Virus record (IMG/VR): IMGVR_UViG_3300033571_009591
Coordinates: 1 to 64,000 of that record
Length of the DNA: 64,000 bases
Strand: one strand, 5' to 3'
Source: a virus
Under the pieces are notes generated by a model that was not told the origin of the DNA, made no database searches, and saw only the letters and a program-made list of their open reading frames with translations. How positions within the stretch are numbered: the stretch's first letter is position 1; every line of letters starts with the position of its first letter. A program made the position numbers and the translations under genes. Below, in pieces: positions 47,850 through 59,200 of this stretch.

Positions 47850-48245
47850 TATCTGACCAATCACGACCAGTTACGACCAGTCATCTAGTAGAAGTTGTCT
47901 GTAGTTCATAGACCTACTACCTATCAGCCAAGACCTATGTTACTCATTAGTAACCTACTCACTAGTAACTTACTCATCTTTTAGGTTAGTTCTTATATTA
48001 GTTTTTAGGTTACTCCCCAGTAACTTACTTATTTTTTATGTCACTATTTAATAACTTGCCCCCTACTAAATTACCCACTAATAAATTATCTATTAGTAGT
48101 CATTTACTTGCCTACCCCCACCCACCAGTAGGCTACTCACTAGTAGATATTATTTCTCATAAGTTACTAATGAGTATTTTTTATATATTTTTTAAAATTC
48201 AATTTTTATCTTTTTTAGAAAAATTTAAAGTATTTAAATCTTAGT
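47850..48245. repeat. Non-coding tract with clustered TACT-N4-AGTA palindromes and an AT-rich segment
   Basis: GTTACTCATTAGTAAC, CTACTCACTAGTAAC, GTTACTCCCCAGTAAC, CTACTCACTAGTAG, GTTACTAATGAGTA; GACCA x3. Confidence 0.7.
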
Positions 48246-48441
48246 TGGCTATCGAAAAGGTAGAAGTCAGCAAAAAGTAAAATCTCCGGAAACGATTAAG
48301 AAACGCTCTAAAACTATGCAAAGCCGTCTCGCAGGCCAAAAGCAAAAAACGGTACTGTTCATATGTTTTAACGCTTCGTCCAATGCTTCCGCTGCTTCAA
48401 TATCCACTGTACGCCTTTGAAAAAGACTGTACGATAAGCCA

Positions 48442-48942
48442 GTGAAACATAGCCAGAAATTGCCAGACGACGAAGTTCGTTTTATTTCTGCCATGCCTCC
48501 AGAACTTATTCCAGGACGCCTCCGCGCCCTCTGGGAAGCAGGCTGGTCTCTGGGAGTTATTGCTAAATCCCTCAAACCTGTCCGCCCAAAGTCCACAGTT
48601 CATTTCTGGGTTAAAAACGCCGCTAATCAGGAGCAAACACGAACAATTCCCTCTCCTCCAGCTAAATCTTTAACTTCTTCCGCTCCGCTTGCCTCTTCTC
48701 CTCGTATGCGTAGCATCTCTCCAGAGGTTCCTCTTGATATGGTCGCTCATATTGGCCAGTTGGCAGAGTTGTCGAAACGTTACAGGTCTAAAACTCCTTC
48801 CTCTAGTCCCCTAGCGCAGGCAAATAGAGAACTTACAGAGATTGCCCTAGACCTTTATCACCGAGGAGTCCCCGCAGCCTCTATTGCTCAGGCCGCAGGA
48901 GTTACTTATCGTGCTATGGCAAGGAGGATTGCTAATGGCTAA
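48442..48942 (+). CDS. Double HTH DNA-binding protein (distant paralog 3)
   Basis: LWEAGWSLGVIAKS...P-rich linker...RYR...GVPAASIAQAAGVTYRAM. Confidence 0.72.
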   Translation: MKHSQKLPDDEVRFISAMPPELIPGRLRALWEAGWSLGVIAKSLKPVRPKSTVHFWVKNAANQEQTRTIPSPPAKSLTSSAPLASSPRMRSISPEVPLDMVAHIGQLAELSKRYRSKTPSSSPLAQANRELTEIALDLYHRGVPAASIAQAAGVTYRAMARRIANG

Positions 48943-49261
48943 GTCCGCGAGCAGTGAAGACCTTGTTGTAGCAGTCTGGGCTAATCCAAAGAAGCAAAAG
49001 GGACGCCCTAACGCCCGCACCCTTGAGACTCTTATCTCTGAGTCATCAATTCATCCTATTGCGATGTCTTTAGCCTCTTTGAAAGCAATTCAATCTTGGA
49101 AAAGCTGTCCAGTAGCAACAACTTCTATAGAAATAGACTTTTTGTTGACTCCAGAGATATCTAATAGAGAAAATCCTATTCTCATTCCGATATCTTTAGC
49201 CAAATCCTATCTGGGTTGGCAAGAATTCTATGTTTCACCGATACATGCGGAGAATAAGTGA
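48935..49261 (+). CDS. Hypothetical protein
   Basis: AGGAGG RBS; overlaps neighbours. Confidence 0.6.
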   Translation: MAKSASSEDLVVAVWANPKKQKGRPNARTLETLISESSIHPIAMSLASLKAIQSWKSCPVATTSIEIDFLLTPEISNRENPILIPISLAKSYLGWQEFYVSPIHAENK

Positions 49262-49620
49262 GAATCAGAGCAGATGTTTTTCCAGCAGTGCTCACGATTG
49301 CTGACTCAGGCTCTCTAGAGGATATAAATGAACTACTTCCACGAGGTGGTGCGCCTAAGGGGGCTAGAAAGTTAGACAGATGTAGGATTATTGCTACCGA
49401 GGAAAAAATTATGGTTGTTGTTGACGACCCTTCTGGCCCAAAACTTATCTTTAGTGAAAATATAACCTTCTACTCTAAGGAAGAGAAGGTTCATAGGGTG
49501 ATTACCGAGTCTGGAAAGATGATTGCTTTCCGAAAAGACGAAAATTGCGGATGTGGCTCACGCCTACGCAGTTGGAGCCTATATGGAAGCATTTTAATGT
49601 CACAAACGGACGGAGAATGA
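49258..49620 (+). CDS. Hypothetical protein (CGCGSRLRSW)
   Basis: GTGA overlap. Confidence 0.65.
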   Translation: MRIRADVFPAVLTIADSGSLEDINELLPRGGAPKGARKLDRCRIIATEEKIMVVVDDPSGPKLIFSENITFYSKEEKVHRVITESGKMIAFRKDENCGCGSRLRSWSLYGSILMSQTDGE

Positions 49621-49907
49621 TGACAACGCTAGAGTTTTTAATTATGGGATTGGCTACATACAGAATCACTAGGCTAATTATTCGTGATGAATTACTAGCA
49701 AGACCTCGTAATTTCTTCTGGAAGAAGTTCCCTCCAGAGAAGTCTTTACTAGGGTATCTTCTGACTTGCCCTTGGTGTATAAGCATTTGGGTCGCATCAA
49801 TTCTTCAGATATCTAGTATCATTAATCCAGAAGCCACGTATGTAGTCGAGATAATTTTTGCTCTATCTGCAATCGCTGGCCTGTTAACTGCACATGAAGA
49901 GCGGTAG
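49617..49907 (+). CDS. DUF1360 family membrane protein
   Basis: LATYRITRLI.RD...LLTCPWCISIW. Confidence 0.8.
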   Translation: MMTTLEFLIMGLATYRITRLIIRDELLARPRNFFWKKFPPEKSLLGYLLTCPWCISIWVASILQISSIINPEATYVVEIIFALSAIAGLLTAHEER

Positions 49908-49945
49908 CCCCTCATGTTCCGTAACAACGACGAGGAGTTAGATCA

Positions 49946-51709
49946 GTGAGCGTATTTAAGCGCAGCGAACCAAACAATGACTCTACCCCCGTCTCCGTGC
50001 CAAAAAAGAAATCTGCTCCTAAGAAAAAAAATCAGTCGAAGCAGACAACTCGTTCTCGCACACAATCTAGAATTCCTCAGGCTGCTCCGATAATTAGTGG
50101 AGCCGCATCTGTATTTTTATCTCAGTCAAATCAAGCTCAAGCAGTTCCATATAACCAACCTCGCTCTCTTACAGCAGCGGCGGTACAGGTAAAATTAAAT
50201 GACAAAGGTGAATCAGAGCAATTTAGAAATCGCCGCTCTGCTGCTTCAAGCGCGTGGCAAGCAGAAGCATGGGAATACTACGACGCAATTGGTGAAATCA
50301 AGTACGCATTCAATCTTGTTGCATCAGTTGTATCACGAATCAGAATTTTTCCAGCAGTAATTGATGATCCTTCTCAGGCTCCAACATCAGTACGTTCTTC
50401 AACAACTTTAGATAAACAACTATCTGCTGCAGCAGAGCGAGCACTTGCTCGTCTTGATTCTGCATACGGTGGACAAGCTGGACTCCTCCGAGATGCTGCA
50501 CTCAACCTCTCAGTGGCTGGCGAATGTTATCTAGTGCAGATGCCAGAGCGTAAGGGCTCAGGTATTCCAGAGTCTTGGGATATTCGTTCTGTAGATGAAG
50601 TAGTTATAGATGCTCGTGGCGGATACAACGTAGTAAGTCGCCGTGAGCAGACAACTGGTGGCGGAAATACAGGACCAGCAACTCATTTAGGTAACAGCGC
50701 ATTTGTTGGTCGCATCTGGCGCTCACATCCACGCTTTTCTGATGAATCAGATTCTTCAATACGCGGTCTTTTAGACCTTTGCGCAGAGCTACTTCTTCTT
50801 AACAGAACATTCCGTGCGACTGCTCGCTCTCGCTTAAATGCTGGCGCACTTTATCTTCCAGATGGTTTATCAGTTGCTGCACAAGGCGACCCAGATTATC
50901 CGTATGAAGATGGAGATGGTCAAACAGATCCTGGTTTCACAGCAGAAGAAGCAGAAGATGAGTTTGAAGATCAACTCATTGATGCGATGACAACTCCGAT
51001 TCGTGATGAAGAGTCTGCATCCGCTGTTGTTCCACTTATTATTCGCGGACCTGCTGAACTTGGCGACAAGATTAAGCAGTTTAAGTTCGAACGTTCATTT
51101 GACCCAGCACTTGCACAACGCGCAGACCGTGTTCTAGAACGCATCCTTCAGGGACTAGATGTTCCTAAGGATGTTGTTACAGGTCTTGCTAACGTTAAGT
51201 ATTCAAACGCTTTACAGATTGACGAAGGACTTTACAAAGCGCACATTGAGCCTTTGATGCTTCTTATTGTTGATGCTCTAACAATTGTTTACTTGCGTCC
51301 ATACTTAATTGCTCAAGGCTATTCACCTGCAGATGTTGACCGCATTGTTGTTTGGTATGACCCATCAGCAGTTGCTACTCGCAATGACCGCGCAACTGAT
51401 GCTGATGCTGGCTTTGATCGTGGCGCCGTTTCATACGAGACATGGCGTCGCGCTCATGGTTTCTCAAACGCAGATGCTCCTACATCAAACGAAATCGCAA
51501 TTCGTATGTTGTTCGAGAAGGGTGCAATCACCCCAGAACTTACAGAATCAATGCTTGCAACTGTTGCCCCAGAGATGATGGAAGCAGTTCGCAATGCTCA
51601 GCAAGCAGCATCTGTTGCTCCGCTTCCACCAGGGCTTGAAGATATTCTCAAGGGAGCTACAGCAACCCCTGAGGCACCAGCAGAGCCTGCTCCAGGAACA
51701 GAGCAATAA
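49946..51709 (+). CDS. Portal protein
   Basis: WQAEAWEYYDAIGEIKY, RIWRSHPR, SAVVPL, GLDVPKDVVTG; position at the start of the head module. Confidence 0.82.
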   Translation: MSVFKRSEPNNDSTPVSVPKKKSAPKKKNQSKQTTRSRTQSRIPQAAPIISGAASVFLSQSNQAQAVPYNQPRSLTAAAVQVKLNDKGESEQFRNRRSAASSAWQAEAWEYYDAIGEIKYAFNLVASVVSRIRIFPAVIDDPSQAPTSVRSSTTLDKQLSAAAERALARLDSAYGGQAGLLRDAALNLSVAGECYLVQMPERKGSGIPESWDIRSVDEVVIDARGGYNVVSRREQTTGGGNTGPATHLGNSAFVGRIWRSHPRFSDESDSSIRGLLDLCAELLLLNRTFRATARSRLNAGALYLPDGLSVAAQGDPDYPYEDGDGQTDPGFTAEEAEDEFEDQLIDAMTTPIRDEESASAVVPLIIRGPAELGDKIKQFKFERSFDPALAQRADRVLERILQGLDVPKDVVTGLANVKYSNALQIDEGLYKAHIEPLMLLIVDALTIVYLRPYLIAQGYSPADVDRIVVWYDPSAVATRNDRATDADAGFDRGAVSYETWRRAHGFSNADAPTSNEIAIRMLFEKGAITPELTESMLATVAPEMMEAVRNAQQAASVAPLPPGLEDILKGATATPEAPAEPAPGTEQ

Positions 51710-53229
51710 TGGCTGATATTAACGGCTGCCCTCCTGCTACACAGGACATTGCAATTAATCTTACTAACCGTAAGAAGGCAATTGATACTGCGATGTATGG
51801 CCCGCTTAATCCTGCGGAACCAAACGAAGAATATTGGAATGCACTTGGTCAAGAATGGAATGTAGATGCAGAAACTGCAAAGAAACAACGTTGCGGTAAT
51901 TGCGCTGTCTTTATTCAGACTCCAGAGATGCTTTCTTGTATTGAAAAAGGTTTAACAGATAACACAGACGAGTTTGATTCAATTAACGAGGCTGGCGAAC
52001 TCGGCTACTGCGAAATCTTTGATTTTAAATGCGCATCAGCACGCACCTGCCGCGCCTGGGTTGCTGGTGGCCCAGTAACTGCAGCAGCGATAGACCTTAT
52101 TAGTGATGTAGAACCAATGACAGCAGCGCAAGGTCCCTGCTGGGATGGATACAAGCAAGTAGGTATGAAGAAAGGCAAAGACGGAAAGATGGTTCCTAAC
52201 TGTGTACCTGTTGATGCTTCAGATTCTACAGAGTTTGCAAGTAAAGATAGAACTATTGCCCAAACTCCTGCTCCTAAAAAAGATAAAATAAAAGGCTCTA
52301 GCAAAAATAAAAAAGGTTCAGCATCTGGAACTAGAAAAGTTGTATTTAGTAAGGCAACAGAGAATACACTTTCTGCCAAAGTCAAAGAGCACAATGAAAA
52401 AGCACCAGCAGGTAGAAAAGCCTCTTTAGGAATGCTTAAGGCTGTATATCGCCGTGGCGCAGGAGCATTTTCTACATCTCACCGTCCTGGTATGAACCGC
52501 AATCAGTGGGCTATGGGTCGTGTTAACGCTTTCCTTAAACTTCTTAAATCAGGTAAGCCAACAAACTCTGCCTACACAACAGATAATGATTTACTACCAG
52601 CTAAACACCCTCGTTCAACAAAAAGAGATAACTCAATCACCGCCTCTGCTGGTTTAGTTCCAGAAGAGTCAGACCTAGCTAATGCTCTCGTCGAAATCGC
52701 CGAGAAGTATGGAAAGTTTAATGAAGATGCCACAGGAATTTGGGCAGGATATGTCTCAGCCGAAGAGAATAAGTACAAGGGAATCGGAGTCAAGTGCTCT
52801 TCTTGCGTTTTATACATGGGCAATGGCTCGTGCAGAATCATCGAACAAGAAGTCGAAGACGAAGGTAAATGTCGTTTTGCGGTTATTCCAGATGGGGTCG
52901 TTGATGTCGGAGTTCTCGAAGGCGAAAAACTTGGAAACGAAAATCGACTAAGAGAAGAAACTCTGCAGGAGTATCGTTTTGAACAAGAATTATCTGTCTC
53001 TCTAGGCAGTAGAGAAGATTACGATTCTCCAGAAGATGCCATACTTGCTATGGCAGAGTTTTCTGGAGCAGGGTATGAAGCAGAAGATGCAATTAGAGCG
53101 TCTTGGCTTCGTGCAGTTCGTGCGGGTGGAGACCCGTTTAGAAGAGCATCTCTATTAGCATTACATGGAGAACTCAGTCTTGACTCAGATTTACTACCAA
53201 GTTCAGAAGAAGAAGAGGATGACAACTAA
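51709..53229 (+). CDS. Modular minor head protein
   Basis: CPPATQD...RCGNC module, PCWDGYKQVGMK...VPNCVP module, VYRRGAGAF...QWAMGRVNAF module, Cys-rich module. Confidence 0.7.
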   Translation: MADINGCPPATQDIAINLTNRKKAIDTAMYGPLNPAEPNEEYWNALGQEWNVDAETAKKQRCGNCAVFIQTPEMLSCIEKGLTDNTDEFDSINEAGELGYCEIFDFKCASARTCRAWVAGGPVTAAAIDLISDVEPMTAAQGPCWDGYKQVGMKKGKDGKMVPNCVPVDASDSTEFASKDRTIAQTPAPKKDKIKGSSKNKKGSASGTRKVVFSKATENTLSAKVKEHNEKAPAGRKASLGMLKAVYRRGAGAFSTSHRPGMNRNQWAMGRVNAFLKLLKSGKPTNSAYTTDNDLLPAKHPRSTKRDNSITASAGLVPEESDLANALVEIAEKYGKFNEDATGIWAGYVSAEENKYKGIGVKCSSCVLYMGNGSCRIIEQEVEDEGKCRFAVIPDGVVDVGVLEGEKLGNENRLREETLQEYRFEQELSVSLGSREDYDSPEDAILAMAEFSGAGYEAEDAIRASWLRAVRAGGDPFRRASLLALHGELSLDSDLLPSSEEEEDDN

Positions 53230-56200
53230 TGAGCCGTATTCGCCGCTTAAGCCAAGTAATTTCTGAAGAGGGTCGCCGTGCATTGGCATCTCAGCAGGCA
53301 TCACGTATTCGCGACACCGCTTTTGGAATTGTCGACGAAGCAAACTTAAACGCATCTACGAGTCGTAAGATTACAAAGAAGGCTGCCTTCACAGTTGTAC
53401 TTCGCTCATTACAATCAACACGCAATCTTCCATTCTCACTTCGCGAGCACATGGCTATTAAAGAGCTTTCTCAATACATCACTCTTGCTCAAAGCGATAA
53501 ATCTAACTCTCTTACTCTTTCTAACACAGACCTTCTACCAGTTTCACACCCACGTTCTACCCGCAACCACGCAATGACTGCTTCTGCTCTTCTGGAAGCT
53601 CGCGCACGCTGGGTTGCAGATGACCCTCGCATTGTTGATGGGTACGCAAAAACAATTATTGCTTCTGCTCTTACATCTAAATATGCATCTGTAGAACATG
53701 TCTACTACAACTCTATTCTTTCTAGCCTTCCTCAGGGCGTAGTTCCTGCAGAGGTTATTGTTGCTGCTAGTAATCCATTCTCAGGTGGAAACTCAAGTGC
53801 GGAGCGCTCACTTCGTGCTCGTTTACAGCGTCGTGACCGCTACGGTAGATTCGCATTTATGGGCGGCGGACTCAGCGCTCTCGTTCGTAGAAGCAATGGC
53901 AGAGTTTATAACCTTGTAGGTCGCCCAATCATTGATGGACCTAACGGCGATGACATTCAGATGGAACTTCCTGATGGAAGAATTGTAAACATTCCCGCAT
54001 CAAAGGGTATGTTTATTAAGGCTGTTATTAATCCTACTCCAGATGGATACAGTAAAGACACTGCAAAGACAGCAACAACGGGAAACATCATTAATGAAGA
54101 AGATTTGGTTTTTGTAGACGCACCTAAGGGATGGAGCAAGACTGGCACCAATACTTGGAGTGCTGAAGATGGTTGGAGCATTGAAAAAGGCAGAGATAAA
54201 AATGGCTTCTTCCAATATGAGATTAAAGATCCTGCTGGAAAAACAGTAGGGACTAGTAGCGGAGATTGGGAAGATGCTTTAGACAGTATTGCAGAAAAGA
54301 AAGAAGGAAAGAAAGCTGTCCTTCCTTCAGATAACATAAACAACATTGTTCCAAAAAAGGCTCCTGTAGAAATTGGTGGTAACGGAGAAGGACCTAAGCC
54401 TCCAAAACCTTTCGAGTTTAAATACCCTGAAGGCGCAGTTAAAATTAAAATTGATGAGTCATACGAGCCTGAAGGTCGTAATGAGGAAGAAAGCCCAGAT
54501 TTTACAGATGACCCTGTAGAACTCGGTCAGAAGTTTGACCCTAGAGATTTAATTCAAGCTTTAGAGCAAGGTGTTATTCCTCAAAATAAGGGAGAGAACG
54601 CTATTGGTTATGGTGTTCTTCGCTTTAACGGTGGAGATGAGTACGTCCCTGTACAAGCAATTTATAACGCACTTGATGAAGCAGGAGAAGATGCTCCTTT
54701 AGAACTCGCACGTATTTATGATAAAGGTTTAGGAAACAACAGTAACGAAAACGCTCTTAAGGATAACCGTAAAGGCATCGCACGACTTGATCAATCAAAG
54801 CCAGATGTTGCAGAGTCATTTGAGCGCACTGTTTCTATGAATCCAGATGAGGTTCCAGCAACTAAAACACCAAAGTTTAGTGAAGCAGAGATGAATGAAT
54901 CTTCACTTCCTCCAGTTCTTGAGGGTCTATCAGAGGCGGAGATGAGGCAGTTCATGGAAACAGGAGACCACACTCCTTATCTTCCAGAAAATGAATCAAT
55001 TGATATGCCAGAGGGCTATAACAGTCTTGACCCTTCACCTTTTTCTTCTTGGCGTGAAGTAACTGCTGATACACCAGATGCAGTTCTTCCAGAAGGTTTT
55101 AGCGATAACCCAGTATTTCTTGCTCAGTCAATTGACAGGCAGAGTCTAGAAACAGAGCTTCGTCGTTCTATTGAACCAGACTCTGCAACACCAGGATATG
55201 CAAACATTTCACTTCAAGATGAAGATGGCGAAGAGTTTGTTGCTAACGTTCCAGGAGAAGCAGTGCGTGATGCGCTTCAACTTCAGGGCGTAGATACAAA
55301 TGAACTTATCAAAAGCATTGCTGATGAAGGTTTTGCTGGTCAGGAAGATCAGATAATCATGGACCCACCAAAAGATGGTGGTCAAGATATTAAAGATGTA
55401 GATAAAGCATTAGATTTCTTAGATAAGCACATGGATGATATGGGCACTACTGAAGATGCCGCGATGGGCATCTCTCAAGCGCAGGAGCACCTTAAGGAAG
55501 CAAAGAAGGACCTTGAAAATGGAGATATAAAGTCTGCTATTTCATCTCTTGAAGATGCGTTTAACTTAATGGATGGCCTAGAAAGACCAAGCGAAGGCAT
55601 CTTCCCTAACGGTGAGAACTCCGCTGAAGCTGTAGACGTTGTAAATAAACTAATTACTCGCCTACAAGAAGCAGATACTTCTAAAACATCAGGAGAGAAG
55701 TCAGTTGTAGAGAAGAAGCCAATGAATGCTTACGAGCGTTTGATGGCAGAAAATAAGGCAGCAGAGGACGCTGTTAAAGAGCGTAAAGCAAAACTTGATA
55801 AAGATGCTCAAGACCGAGTTGATGATATGGGACGACCTATCCCTGAAGGCTGGGGATTTACAACAAAGAACAAGCCTAACTTCGGTCAACTAGATAGACC
55901 AGATAACTATTTCAATGTCTATGGAAATAACAATTTTGAAGCATCAGTAGATTCTGAAGGAAAGATTCTTGTTAAGGACCGTAACGGTCTTGTCCCAGAT
56001 AAGTCTTACGATAACTGGGAAGACCTACAAGCAGACCTAGCAAACCAGAAGGCAGAATACTCTTCTGCTGCTCGTGCGCGTGTAGCAGAGATTGCAAAAG
56101 GATATGGATATTCCGATGAGCAGATTGCTTCATTTGATTCAATGTCCCAGCAAGAACTTGCTGACTTCTTTGCTAACCCAGACAATCACACACCTGCCTA

Positions 56201-59200
56201 CGCTGACGCACTTGTTGATTGGGTTAACTCATTTGCAGTGGATTTACCTAACCCTCAGCAAAAAGCACGTTGGGCTCAGATGGCAAAAGATGAAAAGATT
56301 CTTGCCCAGGCAGGAGATGCTCCTTCTAAGAGCGTAGAAGACCTTTTGATTGAAAAGCCTGCATTAGATAAACTTGTTTCAGAGATTAATAAGAAGGATG
56401 GATACGAGGCTAACGGTCTTAACTTCCGAATTAATACAGGAGCATTTGGTGTTAAAGATGACAACATTGAAGTAACTCCAATTAATTGGGAGCCAGGAGA
56501 CCCTATCGTTGCTCGTATTGATATGGATGGTGAAATCGATTGGGAGAATGACGCTCAATTCGATAAGTATGCCAACGATATGAATGAAGCACTAAATGGT
56601 TTAAATACACCTGAAGAAATTAATGACGAGGCTTTATTAGATCGTCGTCTAGCTGGAGAGTCACTTGATGTAGTTGCCGAAGACTTAGGGATCTCTCGTG
56701 AAGAAGTTCGCCGCCGCGAGATGAATGCACTGCGTAAGCGTAGAGAAGCAAATCCAGAAGCACCTCTTGCACCTACAGGTTTAGATAAGCCTGAAAATAA
56801 AGAAGCAATTGCCGCATTTAATAGACAATATGTAAAAGAGTTGCTAGATCAAGAAGAAGCACGAGCAGACGAGCTACAAGCAGAAGGCGATGGCATGCCT
56901 CGCGGTGATGCGCAAGGAATTGCTGAAGCAGAGATGAAGATTATGTATGGCAAGACTGCTGGTGAAGCTCTTGATGAACTTCCTCGCGAGGAGGCATTGA
57001 GAGTTCTTAGAGAAAGACAACACGAGTTTGATAAAGATGTAGTACCAGATATTTCTGAACCACCTACACAATCAAATGTTGTTCTTGCTGTTGATGTAAA
57101 TAGTCCTAATCTTCAAGAAGAAATTCAATCTGCAATTGACAAGGGTCAAAAAATTGCCTTTTCCTATAATGGAAAAGAAAGAGTTGTTCTTCCAAAGGGA
57201 ATTTGGACTAACCCGAAGAACGGAAACGTCAACCTTCGTGCTATAGAAGATGGAACTGATGGAGGACTAAAAGTCTTTACGTTGAACAAGATGGAGATGG
57301 CCGCTCCGCCTCCTCCTCGTAATACAACTAAGCCTAAAGAACTTAGTGAAGGCGATAAGGCTGTTATCAAGAACAACGCTTTTGTAGAAGAAAATGCTGG
57401 CTCACTGCAACCTATAGCAGCAGAAGATGTTCAAGTTGGTGACTTCATTTGGAACGCATTCCATGGTCGCTATGAAGAGGTTCTCTCCAATAAGTACGCA
57501 GGAGTTATGAACCGTATGGAGATGGAAGTCTTTAACGTTAAAAATGGACAAAGAGAAATCCGTTATTTTGAAATGGATTCTCCACTTCGCAATGTTCGTC
57601 GTCCTGGTGTTGAAGATCAAGCAGAACCAATTCCATCTGCAAAAGCAGCACCTCGCGGAGGAAAGCGCAATGTAATTAAGCGTAAAGCACCTTCCGAGCG
57701 AGTTGTCGCTAAAGAAGGACGTCAAATGGGCGGAAACTTTGAAAAAGAAGGTTTCTATAGAGACATGAACGGTGTAGCACTTGTTCCTGGTGATGTAGTT
57801 ATACATAGAGACCCTTCCCCTGGTAAAGGCGGTAAGTGGAAGCGTGGAGTTGTAAAACTTCGTATTGGTGCACAGGTTGAAGAAGGTAAGAAAGCTGGAG
57901 CAGTCGGCCGTAAAGGTATTGCCTATCTTGATTACTTAATTGTTCAATGGGAAGGCGAAGATGTTGAAGCAGCGCTTAACCAAGGTGGTCGTCAAGTAAA
58001 GGCTAAGAACCTTGTTAAGTTTGACGGAAGTGTTGACGGAATGGTTATGCCAGAGTTCCGTGGAGGAAATGTAAAACCTAATACTCCAGCAAATCCTGCT
58101 GCCCCTGCTAAGCCAAATGTTCGTCCTGGAGTACCAGAAAAGATTTACAATAATAAGTTCCAAGATAAAAACGGTGGAAACTTTGAAATTAATCTTATTA
58201 AAATAGATGACGTATATGAAGGCGCTCTTATTGATAGAAACGTAGCAGAAGATCCTCAGGACGCTAGAGTTCAGATTGTTGTCAGAGATAAAGATAAAAA
58301 AGTTGCAATGAATGCGTTAGCAGATGCTCGTGACATCATTAAGGATGCTGCCAACGGCCAAGAAGCTTTGCCAGATATTCCTAATCTTGATGGAGAATTT
58401 CTTGGAGATGAAAATTTAAAACCTACTCAAGCTTTAGAACAAGGAAGACTTCTAGACACTCCTGAGGGTAGACCTGCCGCACCTGCTGGTCCAGGTATGC
58501 CTAAGCCTGTTTATAAGGCAGAGGTCGAAGATGAAAAAGGTAACAACTTTAAAATTAGTGTAATAAAAATTGATGACATGTATGAGGCTGCAGTATTTAA
58601 TGAAAGTGGCGACCTTAATGCAGTTATTGCTAAAAATACTTCACTTGCTGAAGTACAAGGAGTAGTTGGGCGTTTTATTGGTGATGTCGCTGAGTCTAAT
58701 GATGGAGACAAAGTTATCCGTCTTTATGGAAATATCCCAGAGCCTGTTGAACTTGTATTAGATAAAGACAATATTACAAACGAAAACTTAAATGCAGCGC
58801 TAAAAGACGTACAGGCGCGTCTATCAGAGGGTCCTAATGACTGGAGGATTAGAGAAGCACAAAGGGCTGTAGAAAAGCTCATCAAAGATTTAGATAATGG
58901 CATAGACCCTATGTCGTTAAGCATAACGCGCCTTGGTCAAATCTTTACTGGATTGGGAGCCTCTTCAAATGCTTCTTATATTGAACTTGCCAAAAAACTA
59001 AAACCTATATTCCAAGTAATTATAAAAAAACAGAGAGAAAAACAGGTTCCAAATAGAAAAGCAAATCTTAATAAACCTGACCCTGTAGCTTTGGCTAACG
59101 AACGTGTACTAGCGGGAGAAAATATTGTAGATGCTCCAAATGTAAAAGATATTTTTACAAAAGATGATGTCTTTGCTGCTAATCCATTTCTTGAACCTTT

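Larger units (their letters stand above)
21544..47906. repeat. Dispersed motif B, AACTACAAACAACTTC (about 16 copies by eye)
   Basis: + near 21884, 21941, 22157, 34927, 35796, 35886, 39314, 41457, 42030, 42120; - near 21544, 22035, 23837, 23924, 46964, 47891. Confidence 0.85.
20326..48283. repeat. Dispersed motif A, TAGCAAAAAGTAAAAA (about 28 copies by eye)
   Basis: + at 20326, 21984, 22206, 23873, 24181, 24405, 25783, 26407, 30869, 31919, 32461, 32861, 33474, 34882, 37017, 38152, 38662, 40435, 41414, 43570, 43910, 45690, 48268; - at 35836, 39266, 42071, 46058, 47034. Confidence 0.9.

Noticed and set aside
48038-48244. 68-aa ORF in the AT-rich tract
   Set aside because: Low-complexity translation of the palindrome/AT region, no RBS
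20326-48283. Motifs A and B as a CRISPR array
   Set aside because: Only about 16 bp, two different units, mixed orientation, dispersed over 28 kb, and no cas gene in the window
57405-57600. Intein/Hint domain in the giant protein (AEDVQVGD)
   Set aside because: No Cys/Ser-start block A or HN-C/S/T end recognised; more likely an SH3/KOW-like strand
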